37,520 bases of DNA. Origin: Candidatus Micrarchaeia archaeon (GTDB taxonomy: Archaea; Micrarchaeota; Micrarchaeia; Micrarchaeales; CABMGC01). The first letter of the stretch is position 1. Each line of letters begins with the position of its first letter. The position numbers were made by a program, and so were the translations under genes. Location: assembly GCA_049976845.1 (NCBI GenBank), contig JBMFHL010000005.1, positions 1 through 37,520 on the forward strand, read 5' to 3'. Below the pieces are notes generated by a model that was given only the letters and a program-made list of their open reading frames with translations, ran no database searches and was not told the DNA's origin. Shown piece after piece: positions 1-9,084 of the stretch.

Positions 1-1
1 T

Positions 2-643
2 GTGATATCGGATGCGCATTACCCCATATGCAAGCTAAGCCTGATAAGAAAAATAATATCAAAGGAGAAGCCCGACAATGTAGTTTTGCTTGGGGATAAC
101 ATAGAATTAAGCATGTTTAAGGAACACCTCCTCGCATATAAACATTTTTTCAGAGACTTTAACAGAATTTTCCCGATTAAAAAGAGCATAATAATGCTGG
201 GCGATAATGATTGCCCGTTTGCAGATAGAAAGGAGATAACGAAATTGGTAGAAAGCTATTCTCCGATGAATGGCTCAGGCGGAAAACTGTTCTTTTTCAA
301 AATAGGTGCAATTAATTTTTTTCACGGCAACCTGGAGAAGAGCGCGGCAGTAGAAAAAATAGGTTACCATTTTGTGCTGAATGCCAACAAAATTAGCTAT
401 AAAATAGCTCCAAAGATACTTTCTGCACTTATAAGATTTCACTTTAACATAGCAAAAGAAGAGTATCTTTTTATGGGGCATCTGCATTTTCTTGGCGTTA
501 TAAAAAACAACGTGTTTTGTGGTACCCTTAATAAGGAATTTACGCCTTTCCCTGACTCCTTGGGCTATGTTACACTTGTCCATGAAAATTTTATTCCTGT
601 AAAAAGCAGCATTAAGCTTGTGCATGTTGATAAAAAGGCATAA
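2..643 (+). CDS. Calcineurin-like metallophosphoesterase (probably 5'-truncated by the window edge)
   Basis: Motifs SDAH, LLGDN, GDND (variant of GNHD), FFHG and MGHLH occur in the canonical order. Confidence 0.75.
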   Translation: MISDAHYPICKLSLIRKIISKEKPDNVVLLGDNIELSMFKEHLLAYKHFFRDFNRIFPIKKSIIMLGDNDCPFADRKEITKLVESYSPMNGSGGKLFFFKIGAINFFHGNLEKSAAVEKIGYHFVLNANKISYKIAPKILSALIRFHFNIAKEEYLFMGHLHFLGVIKNNVFCGTLNKEFTPFPDSLGYVTLVHENFIPVKSSIKLVHVDKKA

Positions 644-690
644 ACACTTATTCAAAAATAAATAAAAATATTCACTAAGAAGCGATATAA

Positions 691-1734
691 ATGGAATATC
701 ATCTTAAGTGTAGTAATTGCGGGAACATTTACGATGACAGCTATAATGCTCAAGTATGCGAGAAATGTGGTGGCATACTTGAAGTAGTTTATGAAGGAAG
801 GATTCAAAAGATTGAAAATCTGCGCTCCTTTTGGGATCTAGAACCGGTGCTGCCTGGTGGCAGATACAAGCATTTAGAGGTAGGGTTTACCAAACTAATA
901 CCAGCACGCGAGAAAGGGCTGCATCTGAAGCTTGAGGTAGAAAACCCCACGCACTCTTTTAAAGACAGGGGTTCAGTTATCGAAGTCGCAAAAGCAAAAG
1001 AATACGGATATGACGAACTAGTCTGTGCATCAACTGGAAACATGGCATACTCTCTAGCATATTACGCAAAAGTCTATGGCATAAAAGCAAAAATATTTGT
1101 CAGTAAGAATGTAACAAAGGACAAAATGGAGTATATACGGAAGACGCACGATGCTGAAGTCGTGAAGATAAATGGCGATTTTAATGAAGCACAGCGCCAT
1201 GCAGAAAAGTATGCAAAAAGGCGAAACGTATTCCTAGCAGGAGATTACTGCTACAGGAAAGAGGGGCAGAAGACAATAGCTTATGAACTGGCACAATTTA
1301 AACCAGACTGCATAATTGTGCCGGTTGGCAATGCCACACTACTGAGTGGCACGATTAAAGCAGTAGAAGAGATGCGTGAATGTAGGATGATAGATAAAGA
1401 TCCTACAATCATAGGCGTGGAAGCTGAAAAGTGCAAGCCTTTATACGACGCATTTGCAATAGGTAAATTGTCATATACTGTTCCAAAGACAGCCGCCGAT
1501 GCAATAGCTGTCGGATATCCAACTTTTGGGCCGCAGGTCCTAGCAATGGCAAAAAAATCTAAAATAAATATGATGGTGGTTTCAGACAAAGAAATGGCAG
1601 TTGAGCAGCGCCGCTTATATGAGGATTATGGGCTTGTTGCAGAACTAGCAGGGGTTTCAGGCATAGCCGCATACAGAAAGCTTAAGCTAAAATACAAAAA
1701 CATAATAGCAATAATAAGCGGTGGCAACATCTAA
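691..1734 (+). CDS. thrC: Threonine synthase-like PLP-dependent enzyme (fold type II) with N-terminal Zn ribbon
   Basis: CxxC...CxxC N-terminus, KLEVENPTHSFKDRG (PLP Lys), ASTGN, EGQKT, VPVGNA and C-terminal ISGGN. Confidence 0.75.
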   Translation: MEYHLKCSNCGNIYDDSYNAQVCEKCGGILEVVYEGRIQKIENLRSFWDLEPVLPGGRYKHLEVGFTKLIPAREKGLHLKLEVENPTHSFKDRGSVIEVAKAKEYGYDELVCASTGNMAYSLAYYAKVYGIKAKIFVSKNVTKDKMEYIRKTHDAEVVKINGDFNEAQRHAEKYAKRRNVFLAGDYCYRKEGQKTIAYELAQFKPDCIIVPVGNATLLSGTIKAVEEMRECRMIDKDPTIIGVEAEKCKPLYDAFAIGKLSYTVPKTAADAIAVGYPTFGPQVLAMAKKSKINMMVVSDKEMAVEQRRLYEDYGLVAELAGVSGIAAYRKLKLKYKNIIAIISGGNI

Positions 1735-1802
1735 GATTAATTTATAATCAGATAGTTTGGGCAAAAATTAAGCATAAATCTCAAATCGGATTAAGAATAA
1801 AA

Positions 1803-3272
1803 TCAGAAGATGTATAAGGCGAAACCTCTGATAAGCTTTTTGATAGTTCTGTTCCAGCTGCTGCTGTTCTTTTTCACATCTTTGACAAAAGGCCTATATT
1901 TTGCTTTTTCTTCTGCATTAAGTTTTCCTTCTTTCACAACCTCTGTCTTTTTACCATCGACTATTTGTGTCTCAGTCTTGCTTATTATCTCCTTCCTAAC
2001 CATAGCATACCATTCATCCAATGTGCCTCCGTGCAGCTTTATCATTCTTAGGAAATCCTTCATTTTTATTGGCCTTCTCTTCCCCGTCCTGTCCTCTTCT
2101 GCTGCAGGTATAAGTGCAGCTTTATCACAGATTTCATTTATATCTGCCTGCGAGAACCCTGTTGTAGCTCTAGCAAGCCTTCCAAAGTTTATAAATTTCG
2201 CCAATGGCATCTTCCTTGTGTTATAGATAAACCCTTGTTTCCTTGTCTTGTAATCTGGTGGCGGTATATAGATGGATTCTCCGAACCTGCCACTCCTTTT
2301 GAGTGCCGGGTCCATGTCCCAAGGCTGGTTTGTCGCACCTATCACGAAAATGCCTTCTGGGTTTTTTTCAACGCCATCCATCTCCTGAAGAAACTGGTTG
2401 ACAGCCATGCGCATATAGCTCTGCGATTCTCCTCCGCCTTCCCTCTTTGCCCCAAGCGCGTCAACTTCGTCGAAGAAAATTATGCAAGGGGTGTTTTTCC
2501 TAGCCTGCTCAAAGATTGCATGCATATTCTTCTCTGTGTTACCTGCATACATATCCACTATCTCGTTTATCCTTGCAATTATGACATGCGAATTCGTCTC
2601 GCCCGCAATAGCATTTACAAAATATGTCTTTCCACAGCCTGGTGGCCCATAGAAGAGCACCCCAAGACCAAGCTTCTTTCCATAAGCCCTAAGCAGATCT
2701 GGCTTCTTTATTGCAAGTATTATATTCTCGTAGATAAGCTTCTTCTGCTTCTCCATGCCAACTACGTCCTTGAACGTCATCACTGACTTGTGCCATTTTG
2801 TCTGCTTTATCTGTCCTTCCTCTATTACAGTCTTCTCATTGCTTTTCTTCTCTTCCTTTCCTATGCCAAGCACATCAGCGCTCATCTTCTTCTTTAGCTG
2901 CTCCAGCCTAGCTTTCGCCTGCTCGTAATTTGGATTTTTAGCAAGTGACTTTTCATACCACTCCTTAGCCCCCTCATAATCATGCTGATACTCGCTTATT
3001 ATGCCCATCACATATGGGGCATCAAAGCTGTCCGGTTCATTTTTCATGACCAAATCAACGTCTCTCTCTGCTTCATCATACCTGTTTAATATAGCATAGC
3101 TGAGTGCCCTGTTAAAATAAGCGCTAGAGTAGTTATTGTCAATCTTTATTGCCTGCGTATAGAGCTCTATTGCTTCCTCAAATTTATTTGATTCAAACAT
3201 CTCACCTGCCTTCTGGTAAAGCTCCTTTGCAAGCGGATTTACATTCTCGTCTTTTTTCTGCTCTTCAGCCAT
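1803..3272 (-). CDS. TPR-repeat AAA+ ATPase (single classical AAA module)
   Basis: About three N-terminal TPRs (e.g. AIELYTQAIKIDNNYSSAYFNRA), Walker A GPPGCGKT, Walker B IIFFDE, SRH GATNQPWDMDPALKRSGRF. Confidence 0.9.
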   Translation of the reverse strand: MAEEQKKDENVNPLAKELYQKAGEMFESNKFEEAIELYTQAIKIDNNYSSAYFNRALSYAILNRYDEAERDVDLVMKNEPDSFDAPYVMGIISEYQHDYEGAKEWYEKSLAKNPNYEQAKARLEQLKKKMSADVLGIGKEEKKSNEKTVIEEGQIKQTKWHKSVMTFKDVVGMEKQKKLIYENIILAIKKPDLLRAYGKKLGLGVLFYGPPGCGKTYFVNAIAGETNSHVIIARINEIVDMYAGNTEKNMHAIFEQARKNTPCIIFFDEVDALGAKREGGGESQSYMRMAVNQFLQEMDGVEKNPEGIFVIGATNQPWDMDPALKRSGRFGESIYIPPPDYKTRKQGFIYNTRKMPLAKFINFGRLARATTGFSQADINEICDKAALIPAAEEDRTGKRRPIKMKDFLRMIKLHGGTLDEWYAMVRKEIISKTETQIVDGKKTEVVKEGKLNAEEKAKYRPFVKDVKKNSSSWNRTIKKLIRGFALYIF

Positions 3273-3277
3273 CTAAA

Positions 3278-3760
3278 TCACAGCTTTTTCTGCTTCTCTT
3301 CTTCTTTGCCTCCTTTATATATTTTACTTTCATCCTTTTTAATTTTATCTAATAATCTATTCAGATCCCTATCAACAGCAGACACATACTTGTTCTCCCT
3401 TGCCACGTTCCTAAAAGTGCATTTTTTGAATCTCTTTGCAATGCTCTTTACTTCCCTGTTCAAAGGCCTCAGCGCTTCGTTCTTGACCTTGTACAGGCCG
3501 TTTATCTGCTTTACAGCAACCTCACTATCTGAAATAACCTCTACTTCATTCTCAAATCCGTAATCCTCTGATACCTTTTTAAGGGCATTCAGTATTGCAT
3601 TGTATTCAGCAAAGTTGTTTGTCTTTACTCCATTGTAAAATACCTTCTTAAGCACAAGCCTATAATCCTTATCAAATACATAGTAGCCAGAAGCGCTCTC
3701 TCCAGGGTTCCCCCTTGATGCTCCATCAGTATAAATATAGAACTCCAAGCTAATCACCAA
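3278..3760 (-). CDS. rnhA: Ribonuclease HI
   Basis: YTDGASRGNPG, TNNFAEY, SDS and RENK...VD motifs of archaeal/Gram-positive-type RNase HI. Confidence 0.9.
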   Translation of the reverse strand: MVISLEFYIYTDGASRGNPGESASGYYVFDKDYRLVLKKVFYNGVKTNNFAEYNAILNALKKVSEDYGFENEVEVISDSEVAVKQINGLYKVKNEALRPLNREVKSIAKRFKKCTFRNVARENKYVSAVDRDLNRLLDKIKKDESKIYKGGKEEEKQKKL

Positions 3761-3813
3761 GTTCTTTTCTACATGCTATAAAAATTCTTCTAATAAATAT
3801 AATAATAGATACA

Positions 3814-4296
3814 ATGGATTTAAAGGCCCAAAGCGCAATGGAATACCTAATGACATATGGCTGGGCAATACTAGTCATGGGTATAATTCTCTCAGCGCTG
3901 TTTGTACTAGGCGTCTTTAATCCAGGAACTTTCGCAGGGCAAGAGTGCCTTCTGGAAGCAGGGTTCTCTTGCTTGAACATATATTTATCTCCAAATGGCC
4001 TGCTTGACATTAATCTGATGCAGGCTACCCAATCTCCAATTAAAGTAACGGCCATAGGCTGTTCTGAGAACGCAAGCGTTGCAAAAATGCAGGCTCCAAA
4101 TCCTCCTACCAATTCTGTCTTTTTATCAATTGGTGCAAACTACACCTTCCCTGTCCAGTGCTATAACCAGAACAATACCCCTATAAGCCTCAATCCGGGT
4201 TCCATCTTTAGCGGTTACATAATAATAAATTATACCTCTATTACGACTGGCTTCCCAAGCACGCTAACGGGTAGAATTATAACAAGGGCGTCATAG
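3814..4296 (+). CDS. Class III signal peptide (type IV pilin-like) protein
   Basis: KAQ/SAMEYLMTYGWAILV followed by a hydrophobic helix; Cys pairs and N-glycosylation sequons. Confidence 0.8.
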   Translation: MDLKAQSAMEYLMTYGWAILVMGIILSALFVLGVFNPGTFAGQECLLEAGFSCLNIYLSPNGLLDINLMQATQSPIKVTAIGCSENASVAKMQAPNPPTNSVFLSIGANYTFPVQCYNQNNTPISLNPGSIFSGYIIINYTSITTGFPSTLTGRIITRAS

Positions 4297-4305
4297 TAAA
4301 TATAG

Positions 4306-5058
4306 CTATGACCTTGAAGCCAAGCTCCTTAATTCCTTAACCCTTCCAAAATCCAGCGTCTCTGCGCTACCTATGCAAAGTGCATTCATCTCATCAATGT
4401 CTAACATGTCCATTAGTACTGGTGCCATTCCCCCTACACTCTCTGCATTTACCCCAATTCCCTCTGCGAAGTAATTCATAGCCGGTAGTATAATTATTTT
4501 CCTGCCATCTTTCACGCTCCCATAAAGGAAACACTTGAGCTTCTCCCTTATGCCAAGCTTGTTGTACAATACTATTGCCGGATGTATATGCCCCATGACA
4601 AGCAATTTGCCGCTTTTGCTCTTCGGGAGCTCTTCACCGTGGAAAAATAAGTAATCTCCTATCAGTGCTTCTTGCTGGTAAACCTTTATATCAAATGGGG
4701 CTTTGAGTCTATCGACAAAATTGTCATGATTACCTTTCACAAGCACAATCTCTTTTACCTTTTTTTCCCTCAAGAAACCCACAAAATCATGCAATTCATT
4801 GAACTCTTCTGTATGGACTTCTGAAAATTCGTTTTTTATGTCACCATCTATTATAACCCTATTTGGTTTTTTTTCGTATATCGCCTTGCTAAGCATTTCC
4901 TCTATATTCTTCAAATTTACCTTTGGCAGAAAAATGCCATTCTTTGACATAACCCCCTCGTAGCCGAGATGTAAATCAGAGCACACAAGAGCAGAAAGCT
5001 CCTTTATATACAGTATGGGCATGCCATCTAAAATTTCCACGCCGTCTGATATCATCAT
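4306..5058 (-). CDS. Lhr-associated metallophosphoesterase/nuclease
   Basis: SDLHLGYE, DGDIK, KGNHD, HG and GHIHPA motifs; 4-bp overlap with the lhr stop codon. Confidence 0.88.
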   Translation of the reverse strand: MMISDGVEILDGMPILYIKELSALVCSDLHLGYEGVMSKNGIFLPKVNLKNIEEMLSKAIYEKKPNRVIIDGDIKNEFSEVHTEEFNELHDFVGFLREKKVKEIVLVKGNHDNFVDRLKAPFDIKVYQQEALIGDYLFFHGEELPKSKSGKLLVMGHIHPAIVLYNKLGIREKLKCFLYGSVKDGRKIIILPAMNYFAEGIGVNAESVGGMAPVLMDMLDIDEMNALCIGSAETLDFGRVKELRSLASRS

Positions 5059-7712
5059 ACTTTCCCTTTTTTAATTTCCTCCCCTATCCTCTGGAGCACT
5101 AGCTTATGCAGTTCCCTTAGGTGCTTGCGTCTGTCTTTCATCATTACTATGTCTGCCTCACCAAAAGTTATCATCATGTGTGCAAAAGGTGATGGCAAAG
5201 ATGTTTCTATAATCTTATATTTTATACTCTTTTTGCTTATACCTCTCAAAATTTCGATTGCCTTGGGCAAATCCATGACATCCTCTAATATCTCCCTGTA
5301 CGTTTCTTTTATTATAGGGAATTCAGGATTTATTTCCTCTGCAGCATTAAGCAGTGATTGGGAATTGAATTGCTGCCTTCCAACGCTTATCTTCTGCCCT
5401 TTGTAGTTCCTAAGCACCATAAAGCTCCTTGCTGCACAGTGCCTGAACCTCCTCTTCATCATCTCTGTTCTCCTTATATTTGATTTGAGCAGATTGGCAA
5501 TATCTATATTGGTAAGCTTGTCTATAATACTGCTTACCTCTTTTTCCTCTATATCAAACGAAGTAAGCAACGCAAACCCATTGTCATTCACCATTACTCC
5601 TATATCCTCTTCATACTCATCTCCCATAACTATTGCAATTGCCCTTGAAATCGCATCATTAACGCGCCTTCCAAAAAGCGAGTGGAATATTATATAATTC
5701 CTTCCCTCTTTAAGATCCCTGCTAATCTCCACAAGTATAAGCTTATCATTCGGAATGTGCTTTGCATATAGCAATTGTTCAACGAAATAACGGTAGATAG
5801 AATGCTTTGCATTTGCGTCAGCCGGAAGCATATCCAGAATCTTCTTTACCTCTCCGCTTTCAGCAATCTTGCCTTTTCTAAGCCCTTCAAATACCCTCTT
5901 GTCTGCTTTTATACTCTTCTTTAGCGCAGAGCCCATCTCCCTCCTGAATCTGCCTATCTCGTTTGCAAGCTCGAAAGTGAGCGGCAACTGCTCAGAGAAC
6001 CAAGGGGGTATAGTAGGATATCTGCTGTCTGCTCTTGAAACAAAGCATCTCATGCCCCTTGCAGATTCAAATCTGTAAAGCCTGCCGCCAAGTACAAAAA
6101 TATCTCCATGTTTGAGCCTTGAAAGGAATTCTTCTTCTATGCTGCCTATCCACCTGCTGCCTTCGTAAACATCAATTCCAACTTCATCAGGTATTGTGCC
6201 TATATTCAAATAATATATGAGCTTTGTGAATCTTCCTCTCTTTCCAAAGCTCCCTTCTTTCTCTTCGTACCATATTTTGCCATATACATGCCTGCTCTCA
6301 AAGCCTACATAGCTTCCTGACAAATATTCCAATAATGAGATAAAATCATTTTTCTGGAGGTTGTGGTAAGCATATGAGTTTCTTATAACTTTCAGAGCTT
6401 CCTCCACCTTCCACCTCTTGTTCAATGACATACCCACAATGTGTTGTGCCAGTACATCAAGTGCATTCTTTGGCACTAAAAATCTGTCCAGGACCTTCTC
6501 CTTTGCGCATTTAAGCATAACTGAGCATTCTACTAAGTCATCCCTGTTAACCACTACTATCTCTCCTCTTGCAACGTCATTGAATTTATGTCCACTCCTA
6601 CCTATCCTTTGTATTGCCCTTGTTATGCTCTTCGGCGAGCCAAGCTGTACAACATTGTCTATGTAGCCAATGTCTATGCCCAATTCCAAGCTCGTTGATG
6701 ATACAGCGCACTTAAGCTTGCCCTTCTTTAGCATGTCTTCAACGCCAAGCCTCATCTCCCTAGACAATGAGCCGTGGTGCGCGGCTATCTCATCTTCGCT
6801 GTATTTGAATTTTTTCATGAGGTTATATACAACCCTTTCAGTGCCGCTCCTTGTATTGGTAAAAATGAGCGTTGTTTTATTCTTCTTTATTATATTATCT
6901 AGCAAGTTATATATCGATCTCTCTATATTCTCATCGCCTGCAGCAATTATGTCGCTTACAGGGCTCATTGCAACGAAGTCCAGTTTCTTATCCCATGTAG
7001 CATCCACTATTACGCAGTCCCTCTCTTCACTACCGTTGTAGCCTACTAGGAAATGTGCAGCTTCCTCAAGGGGGTATAGCGTTGCCCCAAGCCCTATCCT
7101 GACAAAATCATGCCCACAAAATTCTGCTAACCTCTCTATAGAAAGCGACAAGTGAACGCCTCTCTTGTTGTTAGCAAGCTCGTGCAGCTCATCTATGACA
7201 ACATACTTAACGTCTTTGAGGCTCTCAGAGAATTTCTGCGAATTTAGCAGTATTGCCAAGCTTTCTGGCGTAGTAACCAGTATGTTTGGAGGATGCTTAA
7301 GCTGCCTCTGTCTCTCCGATTGTGGAGTATCGCCAGTCCTTATACCTATAGTGACCCTCTTCGGATTTGCATTGCCTTCATAAATCTCCTGCAGCGGCAC
7401 GCTGAGGTTTTTGTATACATCGTTGTTCAGTGCCCTGAGCGGCGATACATATATACAATAAACCTTCTCATCCAGCTTTCCAGAGTCTGCAAGATCCATA
7501 AGATCGCTTATTATAGCCATGAAAGCTGAAAAAGTCTTGCCGCTACCTGTTGGCGCGGTTATAAGAAGATTCTTTTTCTCCTTTATAAGTTTGAACGAAT
7601 AATATTGTGGGGGTGTAAGCTCAGGGTAGTTCTTCTTGAACCAATCCCGCACGCTAGGGCTGAGGCTATTCAGGCTCTCTAACCTACTGAACGGTTTTGA
7701 ATACATTATCAT
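5055..7712 (-). CDS. lhr: Lhr (core-type) SF2 ATP-dependent helicase
   Basis: APTGSGKT, YVSPLRALNND, TTPESL, DELH, AHHGSLS, SLELGIDIG, QRIGRSGH. Start moved to ATG 7712 (GGTGG SD-like upstream) from the ORF-track 7883. Confidence 0.93.
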   Translation of the reverse strand: MIMYSKPFSRLESLNSLSPSVRDWFKKNYPELTPPQYYSFKLIKEKKNLLITAPTGSGKTFSAFMAIISDLMDLADSGKLDEKVYCIYVSPLRALNNDVYKNLSVPLQEIYEGNANPKRVTIGIRTGDTPQSERQRQLKHPPNILVTTPESLAILLNSQKFSESLKDVKYVVIDELHELANNKRGVHLSLSIERLAEFCGHDFVRIGLGATLYPLEEAAHFLVGYNGSEERDCVIVDATWDKKLDFVAMSPVSDIIAAGDENIERSIYNLLDNIIKKNKTTLIFTNTRSGTERVVYNLMKKFKYSEDEIAAHHGSLSREMRLGVEDMLKKGKLKCAVSSTSLELGIDIGYIDNVVQLGSPKSITRAIQRIGRSGHKFNDVARGEIVVVNRDDLVECSVMLKCAKEKVLDRFLVPKNALDVLAQHIVGMSLNKRWKVEEALKVIRNSYAYHNLQKNDFISLLEYLSGSYVGFESRHVYGKIWYEEKEGSFGKRGRFTKLIYYLNIGTIPDEVGIDVYEGSRWIGSIEEEFLSRLKHGDIFVLGGRLYRFESARGMRCFVSRADSRYPTIPPWFSEQLPLTFELANEIGRFRREMGSALKKSIKADKRVFEGLRKGKIAESGEVKKILDMLPADANAKHSIYRYFVEQLLYAKHIPNDKLILVEISRDLKEGRNYIIFHSLFGRRVNDAISRAIAIVMGDEYEEDIGVMVNDNGFALLTSFDIEEKEVSSIIDKLTNIDIANLLKSNIRRTEMMKRRFRHCAARSFMVLRNYKGQKISVGRQQFNSQSLLNAAEEINPEFPIIKETYREILEDVMDLPKAIEILRGISKKSIKYKIIETSLPSPFAHMMITFGEADIVMMKDRRKHLRELHKLVLQRIGEEIKKGKV

Positions 7713-7803
7713 CAAAAACCACCAAGCAGAAGCAAAAAGACGCAACTTATATAAATTGCATCCATCAAATATATATTCACGTTGGTTTGGATGGTGCAAG
7801 TTC

Positions 7804-8106
7804 ATGGACAAGAAAAGTCTTAAGAAGAGGATAGAGCAGTTCAAAAGGACGCAGAGCATAAACAAGATAGTGCAGAAGGGCACTATAGAAGATCAGGCAC
7901 TTATGGATAGCGCTGGCGATGATAGGCCAGCCGAAGAAATGCACGCCTTGGAATTAATAACGCAGGAAGAAGGCCCTATTCCAGAGTCGCTTCCAGTTGG
8001 GCACGCCATGAAGATGTCTGCAAAAAAGAGAAAGGCTCAAGGCAAAATATCCCACATAATAAAGAAGCTGAGAAGTTCATCGAAGAAAGTGCACAGAAAG
8101 AGATAA
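7804..8106 (+). CDS. Hypothetical protein, about 100 aa, with basic ends and an acidic middle
   Basis: ATG at 7804 with GGTG upstream; fills the gap between the divergent lhr and the S66 peptidase gene. Confidence 0.55.
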   Translation: MDKKSLKKRIEQFKRTQSINKIVQKGTIEDQALMDSAGDDRPAEEMHALELITQEEGPIPESLPVGHAMKMSAKKRKAQGKISHIIKKLRSSSKKVHRKR

Positions 8107-8130
8107 ATAACGTTACCGCTTATTATAATC

Positions 8131-9063
8131 ATGTACTCTTTGATAAAGCCACCGGCACTTAAAAGTGGAGACAATATTAGGATAATAGCGCCAGCATGGG
8201 CTCCGGACATAAAAAACCTTTCAAGAGGAATAGACATACTCAAAAAGATTGGCTATAACGTTTCCTTGGGCAAGAATATAAAGCGGCTTTCTCAAGTTTC
8301 TTATTTATCTGCGCCTGACAAAGAAAGGGCAAGCGAAGTAATGGAAGCGTTCAAAGACGACAGTGTAGACGCTATATTTTGTGGCGCTGGCGGCTATGGA
8401 TCAATGAGGGTCTTGCCATATCTAGATTTTGAAGTTATAAAAGAGCACCCAAAAATATTTTTGGGCTACAGTGATATAACAGCATTGCATCTTGCAATAA
8501 ACAATTTTTCACATCTAGTAACATTCCATGGCCCAATGCCCGGGCCAGATATAGACGAAATGAGAAAGGCAAGCTACAAGGATTTTATCGAAGTGTTAAA
8601 AGGCAAGAGCACAGACATAAAACCGCCCTACGAGAGAATAATACAATACATAATACCAGGTGCAGCAAGTGGCATAAGCATGGGGACCAACTTCTCGCTA
8701 ATAGCATCGCTTGTAGGTACCAAATATTTCAAGGATGCAGAGGGAAAGATTCTATTCCTAGAAGACGTAAGTACCACTGTGTGGGATATTGACAGGTATT
8801 TTTCGACAATGAGGCTTGCAGGATTATTGAATAATTTCGGAGGATTTATATTCGGGGATTTCACAGACATACCAAAAACAGAAGACGCAATGCCAGTTAT
8901 AGAAGAGATAATAAAGTATCACACGGAAGCCTTAGGCAAGCCCTCTCTTTACGGCATGCCATTCGGGCATGGGGACGAGCAAATGCTCATACCTTTAAAT
9001 GCAAAGATACGAATGAATACAGAAGCCCCTTACCTGGAGCTTATCGACAATGTAGTCGAATAA
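8131..9063 (+). CDS. S66 family peptidase (LD-carboxypeptidase/MccF-like)
   Basis: PPALKSGDNIRIIAPA, GGYG, GYSDIT (Ser), FHGP, LFLEDV (Glu) and FGHG (His). Confidence 0.92.
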   Translation: MYSLIKPPALKSGDNIRIIAPAWAPDIKNLSRGIDILKKIGYNVSLGKNIKRLSQVSYLSAPDKERASEVMEAFKDDSVDAIFCGAGGYGSMRVLPYLDFEVIKEHPKIFLGYSDITALHLAINNFSHLVTFHGPMPGPDIDEMRKASYKDFIEVLKGKSTDIKPPYERIIQYIIPGAASGISMGTNFSLIASLVGTKYFKDAEGKILFLEDVSTTVWDIDRYFSTMRLAGLLNNFGGFIFGDFTDIPKTEDAMPVIEEIIKYHTEALGKPSLYGMPFGHGDEQMLIPLNAKIRMNTEAPYLELIDNVVE

Positions 9064-9084
9064 AAAAATGCAGCAGAATAGGGT

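Noticed and set aside
2235..2786. 183-aa plus-strand ORF and many similar antisense ORFs (e.g. 29189-29788, 30790-31248, 37072-37443)
   Set aside because: These are shadows of well-supported genes on the opposite strand and carry no motifs.
7713..7883. N-terminal extension of Lhr in the ORF track, and the 7636 start of the opposite ORF
   Set aside because: The extensions overlap each other and read as non-coding; better starts with SD-like motifs lie at 7712 (-) and 7804 (+).
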